Shown here piece after piece: positions 20,236 to 31,044 of a stretch of DNA of 52,858 nt (its first letter is position 1; every line of letters begins with the position of its first letter). The notes below the pieces were generated by a model. The model saw nothing but the letters and a program-made list of their open reading frames with translations, was not told where the DNA came from and did not search any database. This DNA is from a virus (taxonomy: Duplodnaviria; Caudoviricetes), in IMG/VR virus record IMGVR_UViG_3300008255_000161, positions 1 through 52,858 of that record. One strand, 5' to 3'. Position numbers and translations under genes: made by a program.

Positions 20236-20676
20236 ATGACGCATTTTACTACCTATACTGATGGCACGCCCATCACACGAAGCTCCGGCAGCAATGCTGC
20301 GGGCTCTCCAATGCCCACCATGTTGGTGGGCACGTTCGACGCCTCCAAGCGACCCCTGGCTGCTGCGGATACAGCGGACGTTATCGATATCCCTGCGGGT
20401 ACCTTCGTCCACAAAGTGTTTTACGAAGTGGTGTTGGGCGATGCTACCGAGACCCTGAACATCGGGGACGGGGACGACCCTAATGGGTACGTCGAAGCTG
20501 CTGCGGTAGGTACTACGGGCGCTAATGGCATGGGCGCTGGCGCTCTTGCTACAGGTAAGTACTACGGCGCATCGGGCGGTAAGATCCTTATCGAAGTACC
20601 CGCGCTCGATGCACTGGATGTATTGCAGATCCGTATCGTGGCCTTTGTCGCGCTGATCGGGTTGGCGCCTGCGTAA
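20236..20676 (+). CDS. Capsid decoration/cement protein
   Basis: Follows the capsid gene; DIPAGT.V...TLNIGDG.DPNGY. Confidence 0.65.
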   Translation: MTHFTTYTDGTPITRSSGSNAAGSPMPTMLVGTFDASKRPLAAADTADVIDIPAGTFVHKVFYEVVLGDATETLNIGDGDDPNGYVEAAAVGTTGANGMGAGALATGKYYGASGGKILIEVPALDALDVLQIRIVAFVALIGLAPA

Positions 20677-20684
20677 CGCCTAAC

Positions 20685-20712
20685 TAGGCCCTCGCTTATT
20701 CAGGGGGGCCTA
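20685..20712 (+). terminator. Possible hairpin terminator after the capsid/decoration genes
   Basis: TAGGCCCTC...GGGGGCCTA stem (one G-U pair); weak U-tract. Confidence 0.4.
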
Positions 20713-20728
20713 TACTTCTGAGGTCCAC

Positions 20729-20938
20729 ATGAAACTACTACGCCACAAAGTTACCGGTCAGACCTTCCCGTACTCGTCATTCTTTGCCCAGAACCCCAAC
20801 CTGGAGCCTGTGGAAGACGAAGCCCCTGAAGCGCAAGACGAAGCGCCGGCTCCTAAGAAAGCTAAGTCCAAAAAAGCCCCGGTTGCGCCTGAAGGCGCTG
20901 ATATTGACGAACTGTTATCGGGTATTGAGGACGAGTGA
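20729..20938 (+). CDS. Hypothetical protein (69 aa)
   Basis: RBS GAGG; overlaps the adaptor start. Confidence 0.65.
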   Translation: MKLLRHKVTGQTFPYSSFFAQNPNLEPVEDEAPEAQDEAPAPKKAKSKKAPVAPEGADIDELLSGIEDE

Positions 20939-21603
20939 TGAACGTCGATGAGCTGCTGTCTTTTACCGCGAACACCAAACTGCGCGATTTTGCCGAGCCC
21001 CGGCTGTGGTCGGACGAGACGCTGCTTGTCTTTCTCAACGACGGTGAGAAACAGTTCGCGCGTAGAACGCACATGCTGGTCGATTTTGAGTCTTCGTTCA
21101 CTGAGCTGGTCACGACTAGCGGTCAAGCCGCCTACGCCCTGGATAAGCGAATTATCCACGTTATGGATGTGTTCAGCGAAGAGGGGACGCCCCTGGGGCC
21201 GATCACGCGAGCACGCCGCCCCAGCATAACCGGGGAGGGTAAACCTCGGCAGTACGCCCTGGATGCAGGCTCTAACACGCTGCGTGTCTACCCCGTCCCG
21301 GATGATCAATACACGCTCTACCTGACGGTAGCGCGCAAGCCGCTGCGTCCTTTATCCCTGGATGACATGGACGCCTGCCCTGAGATCCCGGAGGACTACC
21401 ACAGCGCCCTGGGTGATTACGCCGCGTACCGTGCTCTGCAGAACAACAACGCGGAAGGCGCGGACATGGCGGGCAGTGCCAAAGAATTTCTGTTAGCGTG
21501 GGAGATGGCTGTTAAAGAAGCCAAGAGGGACGTGTATCGAATGCGTGCAGGGCCTTCGCCGCGTGCGGTAAGATCAGCCACGTTTAACCGGAGAATGCGT
21601 TAA
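20935..21603 (+). CDS. Head-tail adaptor / tail tubular protein A-like
   Basis: LWSDETLL.FLNDG...G.P..Y...LRVYPVPD..YTL...PEIPEDYH.AL..YA. Confidence 0.75.
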   Translation: MMNVDELLSFTANTKLRDFAEPRLWSDETLLVFLNDGEKQFARRTHMLVDFESSFTELVTTSGQAAYALDKRIIHVMDVFSEEGTPLGPITRARRPSITGEGKPRQYALDAGSNTLRVYPVPDDQYTLYLTVARKPLRPLSLDDMDACPEIPEDYHSALGDYAAYRALQNNNAEGADMAGSAKEFLLAWEMAVKEAKRDVYRMRAGPSPRAVRSATFNRRMR

Positions 21604-23570
21604 TGTTTTACACTAACCAGCCGTACACCGATAAGACACAGCCTCGCCCTCGCCCAGAAGTGAGGGTAGGTGCGTCGCGGACTCCTTCGCCGCCTCCGCC
21701 TCCGAAGGTAACGATTAATTCGACTGGGGCACCATCTACCCCGCCTAAGCCAGCAGGATTGCTGACCCGAGCCGGTGCGGGTGTTGCACGCGCCCTACCT
21801 TTTGTCGGTCCTACGCTGACGGCGATGGACGAAGCGACTATGGTGGCCCGTGATAATGCCGCGCCTGGGACTACGGGTTTGGATAAAGTAGCACGTGGCG
21901 CTGAGGGTGTCGGCCGTTGGGCCGCGACTACAGCTGGGGGTCTGAAAGGTGGCGCTATGGGTGCTCCCCTGGGACCGTGGGGCGCGGCTGCTGGCAGCGT
22001 TTTAGGCGCGGGTATAGGGTACTTCGGCTACGACGCGGCTACATCCATGCTGAATATGCCCTCTGACGACGCCACTGCACGATACGCCGCTGCAGGGCAA
22101 GACCGCTACGCCATTAACCGGGGTAACGCCCCGTACGACCCAATCCGGGGGATATTCCCCGCTGATAACACCCCTATTTCAGGCATCATCACGGCCCCGC
22201 AACGTGGGGATCTGCCGTTTACACAGCCCGCGCTTGGTGGGTCTGGCAGTGCTATGACAACCCAACGCCGTAGCGGTGCTTTACCCGCCGCTCAGGTGCC
22301 TACTGCAATGCAGGGGGAGTTCATCCCACGCAGTGAACGGGTTACTGATCCAGGCCAGCGCAACCCGATCGGCATTGATCAGATGTTGCAAGAACGCCAG
22401 ACGGCCATGAACATCGCGTACAACCCATCGCCGATGCCCGCAGGCCAGCGCCGCGCCGCGCGCGAAGCCCTCCAGCGCCTGGATGAGCAGTTGTTCGGTA
22501 CCACCGACCGTGAGCGCAAAGCCGCGTTGGATTTTGGCGGTATCGGTATTGACCAGCAAGAGGCCGACACCCGCCAAGGGTCTGCGCTGTTTGACCAAGC
22601 CAAGGGCCAAGAAGCAGCCCGCCAAGGCGCGCAGGGCTTAATGCTGCGTGCGCAGGAGTTGGGTGTTGACCAAGACCGACTTAACTTGGAGTTTCGTAAC
22701 GCGGCTGCCGGCGAACGATCGCAGACCTTGATCGACATATTTGATAAAGCGGGCTCCACTGTCAGCACAGTGCTGGAACTGGAAGGCCCGGAGTTTAGAG
22801 AACAACAGATCGGTATTGCCAACACTCTGGCGGGGCTGCTGCGCGAAACCGCCTTAGCGAGCAATCCACAGTACCAAGCCTTGGTGCAACAGTTCCAGGC
22901 GGGTGATATTGACCCGGAAGACGCGATGAAGATCTTCGCCAAAGTACACGACAACGCGAAAGAGGCTGGTCTTATCGATCAGCCCATACAGGGTTACGCC
23001 GAGGGTGGGTTGGTTCAGCCTGCGATCCCTGGGCAACAACCCGCTATGCCGCAAGAAGCCCAAATGCGCCAGCTCTACATGCAGTATGCCCAAGGCGCTG
23101 AGCAACGGGGTATCCCTGCGGTACCGTTCGGCACCTTCATCGAACTGGCCACGCCGCAGCAGCCTAGCCAACCCTACGGGGCGATGGGCTTTGCTGAGGG
23201 TGGGTTGGTTCCCAGCACCCTACGCTTCGCGGAGGGCGGGATGATTCCTGGGTTTGAAGATGGCGGCGGTGTAGCGGCGGGTGGCGCACCGACTGCTGGG
23301 GCAACTCCTGGCGGCGCGATGCCTACCAATGACGCTTCAGGCAGAATGGTTATCGACGCTGATCCGAATGCGCAGACTGACTCAATACCTGCCATAATTG
23401 ATGGCAGAATACCTGCGGCTCTGGACAGTGGAGAGTTCGTTATTCCTGAGGACGTGGTGCGCTTCGTGGGTGTTCAAAAGCTACAAAAGCTCATCGAGCA
23501 GGCTAAGTCTTCCATGAATCAGGAGCCCTCCAATGGTAGAGCAACAGGGGCCGCGTCGGCTCTCGGATGA
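21603..23570 (+). CDS. Internal virion (ejection) protein
   Basis: Gly/Ala hydrophobic hairpin, four [YF][AE][ED]GG motifs and TDSIPA...LDSGEFVIP.DVV. Confidence 0.7.
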   Translation: MFYTNQPYTDKTQPRPRPEVRVGASRTPSPPPPPKVTINSTGAPSTPPKPAGLLTRAGAGVARALPFVGPTLTAMDEATMVARDNAAPGTTGLDKVARGAEGVGRWAATTAGGLKGGAMGAPLGPWGAAAGSVLGAGIGYFGYDAATSMLNMPSDDATARYAAAGQDRYAINRGNAPYDPIRGIFPADNTPISGIITAPQRGDLPFTQPALGGSGSAMTTQRRSGALPAAQVPTAMQGEFIPRSERVTDPGQRNPIGIDQMLQERQTAMNIAYNPSPMPAGQRRAAREALQRLDEQLFGTTDRERKAALDFGGIGIDQQEADTRQGSALFDQAKGQEAARQGAQGLMLRAQELGVDQDRLNLEFRNAAAGERSQTLIDIFDKAGSTVSTVLELEGPEFREQQIGIANTLAGLLRETALASNPQYQALVQQFQAGDIDPEDAMKIFAKVHDNAKEAGLIDQPIQGYAEGGLVQPAIPGQQPAMPQEAQMRQLYMQYAQGAEQRGIPAVPFGTFIELATPQQPSQPYGAMGFAEGGLVPSTLRFAEGGMIPGFEDGGGVAAGGAPTAGATPGGAMPTNDASGRMVIDADPNAQTDSIPAIIDGRIPAALDSGEFVIPEDVVRFVGVQKLQKLIEQAKSSMNQEPSNGRATGAASALG

Positions 23571-26500
23571 AGAGATACAATCCTACGCGGGGAGCATAAC
23601 CAGCTCCCCGTCCTTCGCGCGTATTCCTGATGTAGCTACTGAACCCGAGGAGCCTGAAGCATGGCGCTCCCGAGGGGCGGTAACTGACGTTGGTATCGGT
23701 CTTGCCCAGGGCGCATTACGCCTACCCGGTGCAGCGACCGGTCTTGCCGACATACCCGTTGCCTTGGTCACCGGTCAGCCCTATGTATCGCAGGTCGCCG
23801 AGGCCACTGGGCGTCTTACGGGGTTTCGTCCTGGTGCAGCGGCAAGCGCCTTACAGAGTCGAAAGTCAGAAGAATTTGAGCGCCAGAGCAAAGCCGTCGA
23901 TGCCGGGTTCGAAGAGGGTATCGGTGCCGGCGCCTTGGCGGTTGCCACTAACCCGCGTTACCTGTTAGCAGGCCCCGTCGCTGAGTCTGTGCCGTCGATG
24001 TTATCTGGCGCGGCAGTAGCCCGTGCCCTGCCCGCCACCATGGGCGTGTTTACTCGCGCCGGTATCGGCGAGGGCGCAGTAATGGCGGGCCAAGCCAACA
24101 GCGGTATGATCGAGCGCGGCGAAGCGGACCCCCGAACGGCGGCACTGACAGCCGCGGGCATTGGCCTTGCAGGCGGTACCATCGGGGCTGTTGGCGGGCA
24201 GCTGACAACCCGTGCAGGGTTCGGCGATATCCAAGGTATGTTGGCCGGACGGAGCGCAACCCAGGCCGTCGCCGATGCGGCCAAAGCTCCGGTGCGAGGG
24301 TTTTTAAGCCGCGTCGCAGGCAGTGCATTCTTAGAAGGTGCGCAGGAAGTTCCCCAAGAGGGAATCGAAACCATGCTGACCAACTTGGCAGAGGGTAAGC
24401 CCATTACGCAGGGGCTCGACCGCGCCACGGTGGAGGGTTTCTTTGCCGGTGCGGTTATGGGCGGTCCAGCGGGTGTATTCTCTGGACGTCGGGAAGAGGC
24501 CAAGGCTAAGCCAACGCCACGTTCTCCACTGCCGGACCTGACTACGCCGAGTCAACCTCCAGCTGGCGGGGCGCCTACGGCGGGTACTCCTACAGGTGCA
24601 GCCCCCACACCAAGTGTTACGCCAACACCACAAACTGTTACTCCCGGTAACATAGCGACTGAGGGGTTACGCGCTGGATCTGTTACCGTCAAGCGCGAAT
24701 CACTGACCGGACTCATTGATGTTCTGGATGTCGCGGACTCCCCTGCGGCGCCGTTTATACCTGTGCTGCGTGAGGCGGCGACCAAAGCCCGCTCAAAAGC
24801 CGACGCCGATTCCATGCTGGTACTGATGGGTATGGCGGCTAATAACCCTGCCGCGTTCGCCGATGCTGTGGTTAACTCGCCTGCGTCGTTTGGCAACATG
24901 CTGCCCGGTACCAAGGCCGATCGCCTGGGGAGAATTCAGGACGCGGTGGAAGCCACGCTGGGGATGAACCCTGAGATGGCGGACTTGCTGCCCGAAGGCT
25001 ACGCCACCGACCTGGAGAACCTGGACGCTGGCAAAATCACCGCTGCCAACATGCTGGAGATCGCCGCTGTGTTCGACACGGCGTACGCCCAGCACCGTGA
25101 ACGGCGCAAAATCCAACCCGGTACCCCGACGGATCTGACTACCCGCGATGCACCAACAGCCGCACCTGCCCCGGCAGCGGACCCAGCGGCGGCACCTACG
25201 GCAGGCGCAGACTTGGCTCCAGTGGGCGACACAGCTGTGGCTCCAACGGAGGACACCGCTACAGACGAAGAATCCCTGGTTGATCAGTGGGCGCGGGAGA
25301 TAGCAAACCAAGCTACACGGGATGCCCAGGCGTTTGCCCCTGTTGAGGTTGCCCCCGTGGGTACGCCTTCAGAGCAGTTCGCTGAGCGATTGCGGGATGC
25401 CGCTGTGGTATTGGGTATCGATACCAAGAGCCCCAAACCGTGGATGAAGCGTATTCTGGAGAACAAGCCACTGCTGGGACGCAAGAACCGTGAAACCCAC
25501 GAAAGGGGGCTCTTACTGATCCGGCTACGCTATGGGTTGGACGCTGAGGGTAACGTCGTTAACCCACCGATGACGTCTACCCAGATAGCCGCCTATGCAG
25601 CTGAGACCGGCGACCCCCTGCTGCAGGTAACATCCAAGGGCAAAACAGCCCCGATTACTGCGGAGGGCGCGCGCAAGGGGTTTCAGTTGCTGGGTATTAA
25701 GAACCCCATTGCCAAGCGCGTTCCAAAGTCCGGCAATGCCCGCGTTATGTCCTTCGAGGAAACCCTACCAGAAGACTCGGGCTTGGCGCCGGAGGACTTC
25801 ACTGCGGGCAGCGGTATGTCTGTTACCAAAGACCTCACGTCCATGCCGCGTGACACCAGCGTAGCGACAAATGACGGGGATAACGTCCCTGTTGCAGCGG
25901 CCAAGCGCGGTCGGCAAGAGCGTGCCGGTGACATCACGATGGAGGTGTTGGAGCGTGCCGAGGCGGCGCGAAAAACCGGCGCCATCACACGGGAACAATT
26001 CCTCAGTATCCGGGATAGCTTCAATGACGTGATGCAGCAGCTTATGCGCGACGGCGCCACGTTGGCAGAGCTGAACGCCTACGGCGCTACCATGATGGAC
26101 TCCATACCTGATCCTACTACCATGCCAGAAGTTATCCCTGCAGGATCAACTGAGGTAGCCGCACCGCGCCAGAGTGAGACGACGGATCGGATCAGGGCGA
26201 ACCAGCAGGAAGCCGCGCGGGTTGTATCGGACTACCTTGGTTCGGACCCTGCCCAAGCTCAGCAGCGCCTAGAGGTTATTGCTGATAGCTGGAACCAACG
26301 CGCAGCCAATGTAACCCAGGGTAAAGTACCTACATTCGACCAACTCACCGCCGCGCAGAAGCTGGACTGGGCGCTTGAGTTCGTCTACGCATCCTACGAA
26401 AACCAAGGTAACACAGACCCGATGGACGAGGTATTCGGCGGGATGCTGATGGACTACCGGAGAACCGACAATGCCGCAACAAAAGCCACCAATCAGCCTG

Positions 26501-29500
26501 CAACAACTGGACGGCCTGCCCCCGAAACGCCAAGAATTGGAGCTGCGCCGCAACCCGCAACTGCGCAAGATGAAGCAAGCGCGCAACAGCCAGCTGGACA
26601 AAGCGTTCCAGGACAAACTCAGCCTGTGGGAGCTAAGCGAACCCCTGTAATTAAGACTAAGAAAACCCGGTCGGTGAAGCCTAAGGCAGCGCCTACGCCA
26701 GCGGCGGTGCCTCCAGTTGTGGAGTCGTTTCAGCCCAGAGTCAGTAAAATGCCTGAGGCTGTTAGCGTGGGGCCGTCTTCGTTCAAGCCAAAACCGATCG
26801 GTAAGACGCTGTACCGGGAAACCGACCCCGATTCTCTTGGGGACTTGCTGCGCAGCGTATTTGCGGATAGCCCAGAGCAAGGGGCTGTCACGCGGTTGTT
26901 CGTTACCGACGACCCCGATTTGGCGCTTGGGCAAGGTAAGAACAAAGGCGCCAGGATCGAGTTTGACGGTAATTTTGTATCCGGGGTTGAGCACAAGAAG
27001 CCAGGAACAGGAATTATCGGCGGGCGGGAATACCAGACCGACTACGTGCACCGCGATGCGATCACACGGTTTGTATTACCAGCGGGAGTCAGCCTAAAGG
27101 GTGCTGCTCGTATCTTCGCGAACTTCCATTTTACCAAAGCGACTTTAGGCGACGGTACAACCGAATACACGAGGAAGAACGTCGGGAGTCCAGCGGTAGA
27201 ACCTACCCCGGAGCCAACACCAGCGCCGCCAACACCACGCCCCCCGAGGAGCAGTTTTTTCGCGGACGACACGCAGCAGGTACAACGCCTGAGCCAAGCC
27301 GTGCCGGATGCCTTCCTGGAGACTCTGCGCGGTTGGGTAACTATGCTGGGTATGGACGCGCGGGTATCGCTGACGTCCTTCACGGACGCCGGTATCACCC
27401 TGGATGGCATACCGCCTATTGCTGAAATAGACCCCAGCCTGGGCATGACGGTTAGAAAACTTACTCGCCACGACTACACAGGACAGAACGGTATTCGTCT
27501 GAATGTGCGGGCAGGGGAAGAAATTATCGCGCTGAACGAAAAACTACTGACTGATCCTGCTAAGCAACAGGAAGCCCTGGAGACCTTGGCGCACGAGCTG
27601 GGCCACATCTTCGACAAAGCCGTATTCCGCAACGCCACGCGCATCGAACAATCCGCTGTGCTCTCTGCGTACACCAAGTGGTACAAGAGCTTAAACCGTG
27701 ACACCACTATGGAAGCCATACTAGAAGCGGCCCATCCTTACACCCTGGCCGAGGGCTTGTTGAATAACGGCGGACGCGGGCAGACTTTGGGTGGTATAAG
27801 CGATCAGGGCTACTGGACCAGTTTCGACGAATGGTTCGCTAACCAAGTCGCCCGGTGGGCTAACTCCAGTGCACAGCCTGTCTCTGTGGTCGACAAGTTC
27901 TTCGCCAAAGTAGCGGCGCAACTACGCAAACTGTACGCCTCGGTAGCAGGTAAGCCGTGGTTGCCGGCACCTGAGTTCGCGGCCTTTATGGATCGCCACG
28001 TAGAGGCGGTACGCGCCAACGCAGGGCTATCCCCCTCTGCTCTGCAGGAGCAGTTCGGTCCCAAACCCAACCTGGATGGTATCGAGCAGTCCATCGGCAA
28101 CATCCAAGGCGCCCCTTCCATAGCTGAGGCCCCTATGGTCAAGGCGTGGCACGCGGCGGTTGACCCGCTGATTGACAAGCTGCCGCTCAAAATCCGCAGT
28201 GCGCTGAAACAGCAAGGCCGATTAGCGAAAAAAGCAGCTGAGACTGTTTCCTTTACACATCAGTTGGTCGATCGGTACCGGAAATACTTCGGCACTACGG
28301 TCGATCTGTGGTGGGCAGCGGTACGGCGCCGTGCGTATGAGAAAAACGCCATTCTGTCTGAGCTGCAGACCATCGTGGACCCGGCAGAAAACCTATCCAA
28401 GAACGAGCGTGCCGATGTAGAAACCTTCCTCAACCAGTCCACGCGCTCCGGCAAGTGGGGGTTTAAGCCGTCGTGGATAGCAGACGTGGAGCCTGACCCG
28501 GCTATGCAGGCTACGTTCGATGCGATGCCAGAACAGTCCCAGCAATTGATCCGGCAGATGTTCGAGTTCGGCCACCGCATCCGCGACACCCTGCAAGCCG
28601 AGATGAAAGCCGAGATGGCGGATGCGCACGCCGATGTCCTCGCCAAACTGCGCAAGCGCGTAACGGACAACCAGGAAATGCTCCGCACCCTGCCGCCCAA
28701 ATCGCCCAAACGCAAAGCGATCCAGGAGCGGATTGATCGTGGCTTTGAGATGATCGCCCGCGAACAGGATTCGTACAATGACCGCCTGGAGAAGTGGGAA
28801 GCCCGCGAGTTCTCAGGGAAAGATCCCTACATGCCGTTGCGGCGCTGGGGCAAGATTGCCGTGGTTGGTTCGTCAGCAGAATTCAAGCAGGCCGTGGAAG
28901 ACTCCAAGAGCCTTGACCCTACCGTGGCAAAGGCAGGGCGCAAGCGCGTGCGTGAGCTGGAGAGCAACATCAAGCACCGCCAAGTGTCGTTCACCGATTC
29001 GGTAATCGAAGCCGAGGCGTTGAAAGAGGATTGGACGGCCCAAGGGCTGGAGACTGACTGGTCCGAGCGGATGGCGCATTTCCAAGAGAACGAAGCGATT
29101 CCGTTCGCCCTGGTTGAGCGGTTGAAGAAACAGGCTGAGGGGTTTGATTCCCGCGAGAACACCGCGTTGAGTGAAGCGGTGCAGCGGTTGTATATCCAGA
29201 TGTTGGATGACACCAGTATCCGCAAAACAGAGATCCGACGCCGCAACATTCACGGCGAGAGCAAACAGATGCTGCACGCCTACATTGAGAACATCCAGGG
29301 TAGTGCTCACCTGCTGTCTGCGCTGCGTACCAACCGGGATACGTTCACCCTGCTGGAGCAGTTAAAAGGCATCGCTAAGGACAAAAACGCCCCCGGTACC
29401 CAGGATCAGCGGGTGCTGGCGCTGAACGACTTGTTGTCTCGTCAACGTGACTGGATGAATTTCAAAGATGGTTGGTTCGACCGGATGCAAGGCAGTGCCA

Positions 29501-31038
29501 TGGCGCACACCTCGGTGTGGATGCTGCTGTCTACCCCATCGTACTACCTGCAGAACATCACCCAACCCTGGATGATGACATGGCCTGCGCTGTCGGCCAA
29601 ATTCAGTATGAACAAAGCCGCGACGACCATGACGCAAGCCTACCGGGATGTGGCGCGGTGGCGGGATATGCTGTCCGACAAGCGTATGCTCAGTGGTACC
29701 TTGTTCGACGTAACCAAGGTGGAAGACCTGGGCGAGCGCCGCCTGCTGGAATCCTTGCAGAACCAGGGCTTGCTCGACATCGGTATCGAGCCTGACCTGG
29801 GTAAGTTCGGCACGGCCGCAACCAGACCAGGGCGGTTCTACAAAGCCCGCGTATCCGAGATGCGCCACATGGTACGCACCGTGGAGATCTACAACCGCGC
29901 CGTGACCGCCTTGTCGGCCTACCGCCTGGAAGCGGCGAAGGCAACCGCTGAGGGCAAGACGCCTGACGAAGTGATGCAGCGCGCCAAGGACTACGCCAAC
30001 GTGACGGTGCAGGACACGCAGGGTGATTACAGCCACATTAACGCGCCGAGCTTGATCGAACGTATCCCGACCGGGCGGCTGATGTTCCAGTTCCGCAAGT
30101 TCCAGCTGATTCAGCTGGGGCTGCTGGCGAAAACAGCACGCCAGTGGCTCACTGGTGCCAGTCCAGAGGAGCGTGCCGTGGCGCGGCGTTATTTGGGCTT
30201 CCTGATGGGTACCCATGCGTTCATGGGGGGTGCCTTGGGATTACCGATGATGAACCTGATTGCGCCGGTACTGGCCGCAGCGTTTGGTGAAGAGGACGAA
30301 CCGAAGGATTTTGAGTTGCTGGTACGGCGGGGGGTTGGCGACAAAGCGGTGGCTGACTTGCTGCTGCAAGGTGTACCGAGCTTTTTGGGCGTGGACTTGC
30401 AGGCGCGGTTGTCGATGTCGACCACCACGTCGCTGCTGCCGTTTGCGGATTTCGATCTGACCCGCGACGGCTACCAAGAAACCTTCACCGCCATGTTCGG
30501 CCCTGCGGTATCGCTGGGGTCACAGTTCGTTGACGGGCTTGGCTTGTTGGCGGAGGGTGAGGTGGTGCTGGGTACGGCGCAGTTGATGCCCCGGGGTGTT
30601 AGGGATCTCATCCGGGCCATTAACCTGCAGGGTGAAGGGGTGCGTAATCGCAGCGACGAGGAGCTGTTATCTCCTGAGGATATCTCCCTGTTTGACTTTT
30701 TCAGCCAAGCGATCGGCGCGCCGTCCAAGCGCCTGACCGACCGGTGGAAGATCAGCTCCCTGGTGGAGGACACCGATACGTTCTTCTCGCAACAGTCGTC
30801 GGACCTGAAGAAGCGTTACATCCGTGCCAAAGAGGCGAACAACACCCAGGACATTCGGCTGGTACAGCGGGAGTGGTTGGATCTGCAGGCAGCGCGGGCA
30901 CGGTACGGGATGCCGCGAGCGAAGATGCAGGAACTGGAGTCGGCTTACAAGCGGCGTAAAACCCGCGAGGCCAGCGTGGTGGCGGGGGTGCCTACTACCC
31001 GGACTACCAGGGCGTTGGCGGAAGAGTTGACCCGTTGA
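23533..31038 (+). CDS. Large polyvalent/internal virion protein (2501 aa) with HExxH peptidase, PLxR[FW]G region, and putative ART-like and sigma-region-4-like segments
   Basis: LAHELGH...EWFAN; YMPLRRWG; C-terminal TQGDYS...FQFRKF pattern of large ejected proteins; last gene of the virion operon. Confidence 0.8.
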   Translation: MVEQQGPRRLSDEEIQSYAGSITSSPSFARIPDVATEPEEPEAWRSRGAVTDVGIGLAQGALRLPGAATGLADIPVALVTGQPYVSQVAEATGRLTGFRPGAAASALQSRKSEEFERQSKAVDAGFEEGIGAGALAVATNPRYLLAGPVAESVPSMLSGAAVARALPATMGVFTRAGIGEGAVMAGQANSGMIERGEADPRTAALTAAGIGLAGGTIGAVGGQLTTRAGFGDIQGMLAGRSATQAVADAAKAPVRGFLSRVAGSAFLEGAQEVPQEGIETMLTNLAEGKPITQGLDRATVEGFFAGAVMGGPAGVFSGRREEAKAKPTPRSPLPDLTTPSQPPAGGAPTAGTPTGAAPTPSVTPTPQTVTPGNIATEGLRAGSVTVKRESLTGLIDVLDVADSPAAPFIPVLREAATKARSKADADSMLVLMGMAANNPAAFADAVVNSPASFGNMLPGTKADRLGRIQDAVEATLGMNPEMADLLPEGYATDLENLDAGKITAANMLEIAAVFDTAYAQHRERRKIQPGTPTDLTTRDAPTAAPAPAADPAAAPTAGADLAPVGDTAVAPTEDTATDEESLVDQWAREIANQATRDAQAFAPVEVAPVGTPSEQFAERLRDAAVVLGIDTKSPKPWMKRILENKPLLGRKNRETHERGLLLIRLRYGLDAEGNVVNPPMTSTQIAAYAAETGDPLLQVTSKGKTAPITAEGARKGFQLLGIKNPIAKRVPKSGNARVMSFEETLPEDSGLAPEDFTAGSGMSVTKDLTSMPRDTSVATNDGDNVPVAAAKRGRQERAGDITMEVLERAEAARKTGAITREQFLSIRDSFNDVMQQLMRDGATLAELNAYGATMMDSIPDPTTMPEVIPAGSTEVAAPRQSETTDRIRANQQEAARVVSDYLGSDPAQAQQRLEVIADSWNQRAANVTQGKVPTFDQLTAAQKLDWALEFVYASYENQGNTDPMDEVFGGMLMDYRRTDNAATKATNQPATTGRPAPETPRIGAAPQPATAQDEASAQQPAGQSVPGQTQPVGAKRTPVIKTKKTRSVKPKAAPTPAAVPPVVESFQPRVSKMPEAVSVGPSSFKPKPIGKTLYRETDPDSLGDLLRSVFADSPEQGAVTRLFVTDDPDLALGQGKNKGARIEFDGNFVSGVEHKKPGTGIIGGREYQTDYVHRDAITRFVLPAGVSLKGAARIFANFHFTKATLGDGTTEYTRKNVGSPAVEPTPEPTPAPPTPRPPRSSFFADDTQQVQRLSQAVPDAFLETLRGWVTMLGMDARVSLTSFTDAGITLDGIPPIAEIDPSLGMTVRKLTRHDYTGQNGIRLNVRAGEEIIALNEKLLTDPAKQQEALETLAHELGHIFDKAVFRNATRIEQSAVLSAYTKWYKSLNRDTTMEAILEAAHPYTLAEGLLNNGGRGQTLGGISDQGYWTSFDEWFANQVARWANSSAQPVSVVDKFFAKVAAQLRKLYASVAGKPWLPAPEFAAFMDRHVEAVRANAGLSPSALQEQFGPKPNLDGIEQSIGNIQGAPSIAEAPMVKAWHAAVDPLIDKLPLKIRSALKQQGRLAKKAAETVSFTHQLVDRYRKYFGTTVDLWWAAVRRRAYEKNAILSELQTIVDPAENLSKNERADVETFLNQSTRSGKWGFKPSWIADVEPDPAMQATFDAMPEQSQQLIRQMFEFGHRIRDTLQAEMKAEMADAHADVLAKLRKRVTDNQEMLRTLPPKSPKRKAIQERIDRGFEMIAREQDSYNDRLEKWEAREFSGKDPYMPLRRWGKIAVVGSSAEFKQAVEDSKSLDPTVAKAGRKRVRELESNIKHRQVSFTDSVIEAEALKEDWTAQGLETDWSERMAHFQENEAIPFALVERLKKQAEGFDSRENTALSEAVQRLYIQMLDDTSIRKTEIRRRNIHGESKQMLHAYIENIQGSAHLLSALRTNRDTFTLLEQLKGIAKDKNAPGTQDQRVLALNDLLSRQRDWMNFKDGWFDRMQGSAMAHTSVWMLLSTPSYYLQNITQPWMMTWPALSAKFSMNKAATTMTQAYRDVARWRDMLSDKRMLSGTLFDVTKVEDLGERRLLESLQNQGLLDIGIEPDLGKFGTAATRPGRFYKARVSEMRHMVRTVEIYNRAVTALSAYRLEAAKATAEGKTPDEVMQRAKDYANVTVQDTQGDYSHINAPSLIERIPTGRLMFQFRKFQLIQLGLLAKTARQWLTGASPEERAVARRYLGFLMGTHAFMGGALGLPMMNLIAPVLAAAFGEEDEPKDFELLVRRGVGDKAVADLLLQGVPSFLGVDLQARLSMSTTTSLLPFADFDLTRDGYQETFTAMFGPAVSLGSQFVDGLGLLAEGEVVLGTAQLMPRGVRDLIRAINLQGEGVRNRSDEELLSPEDISLFDFFSQAIGAPSKRLTDRWKISSLVEDTDTFFSQQSSDLKKRYIRAKEANNTQDIRLVQREWLDLQAARARYGMPRAKMQELESAYKRRKTREASVVAGVPTTRTTRALAEELTR

Positions 31039-31044
31039 CAGAAA

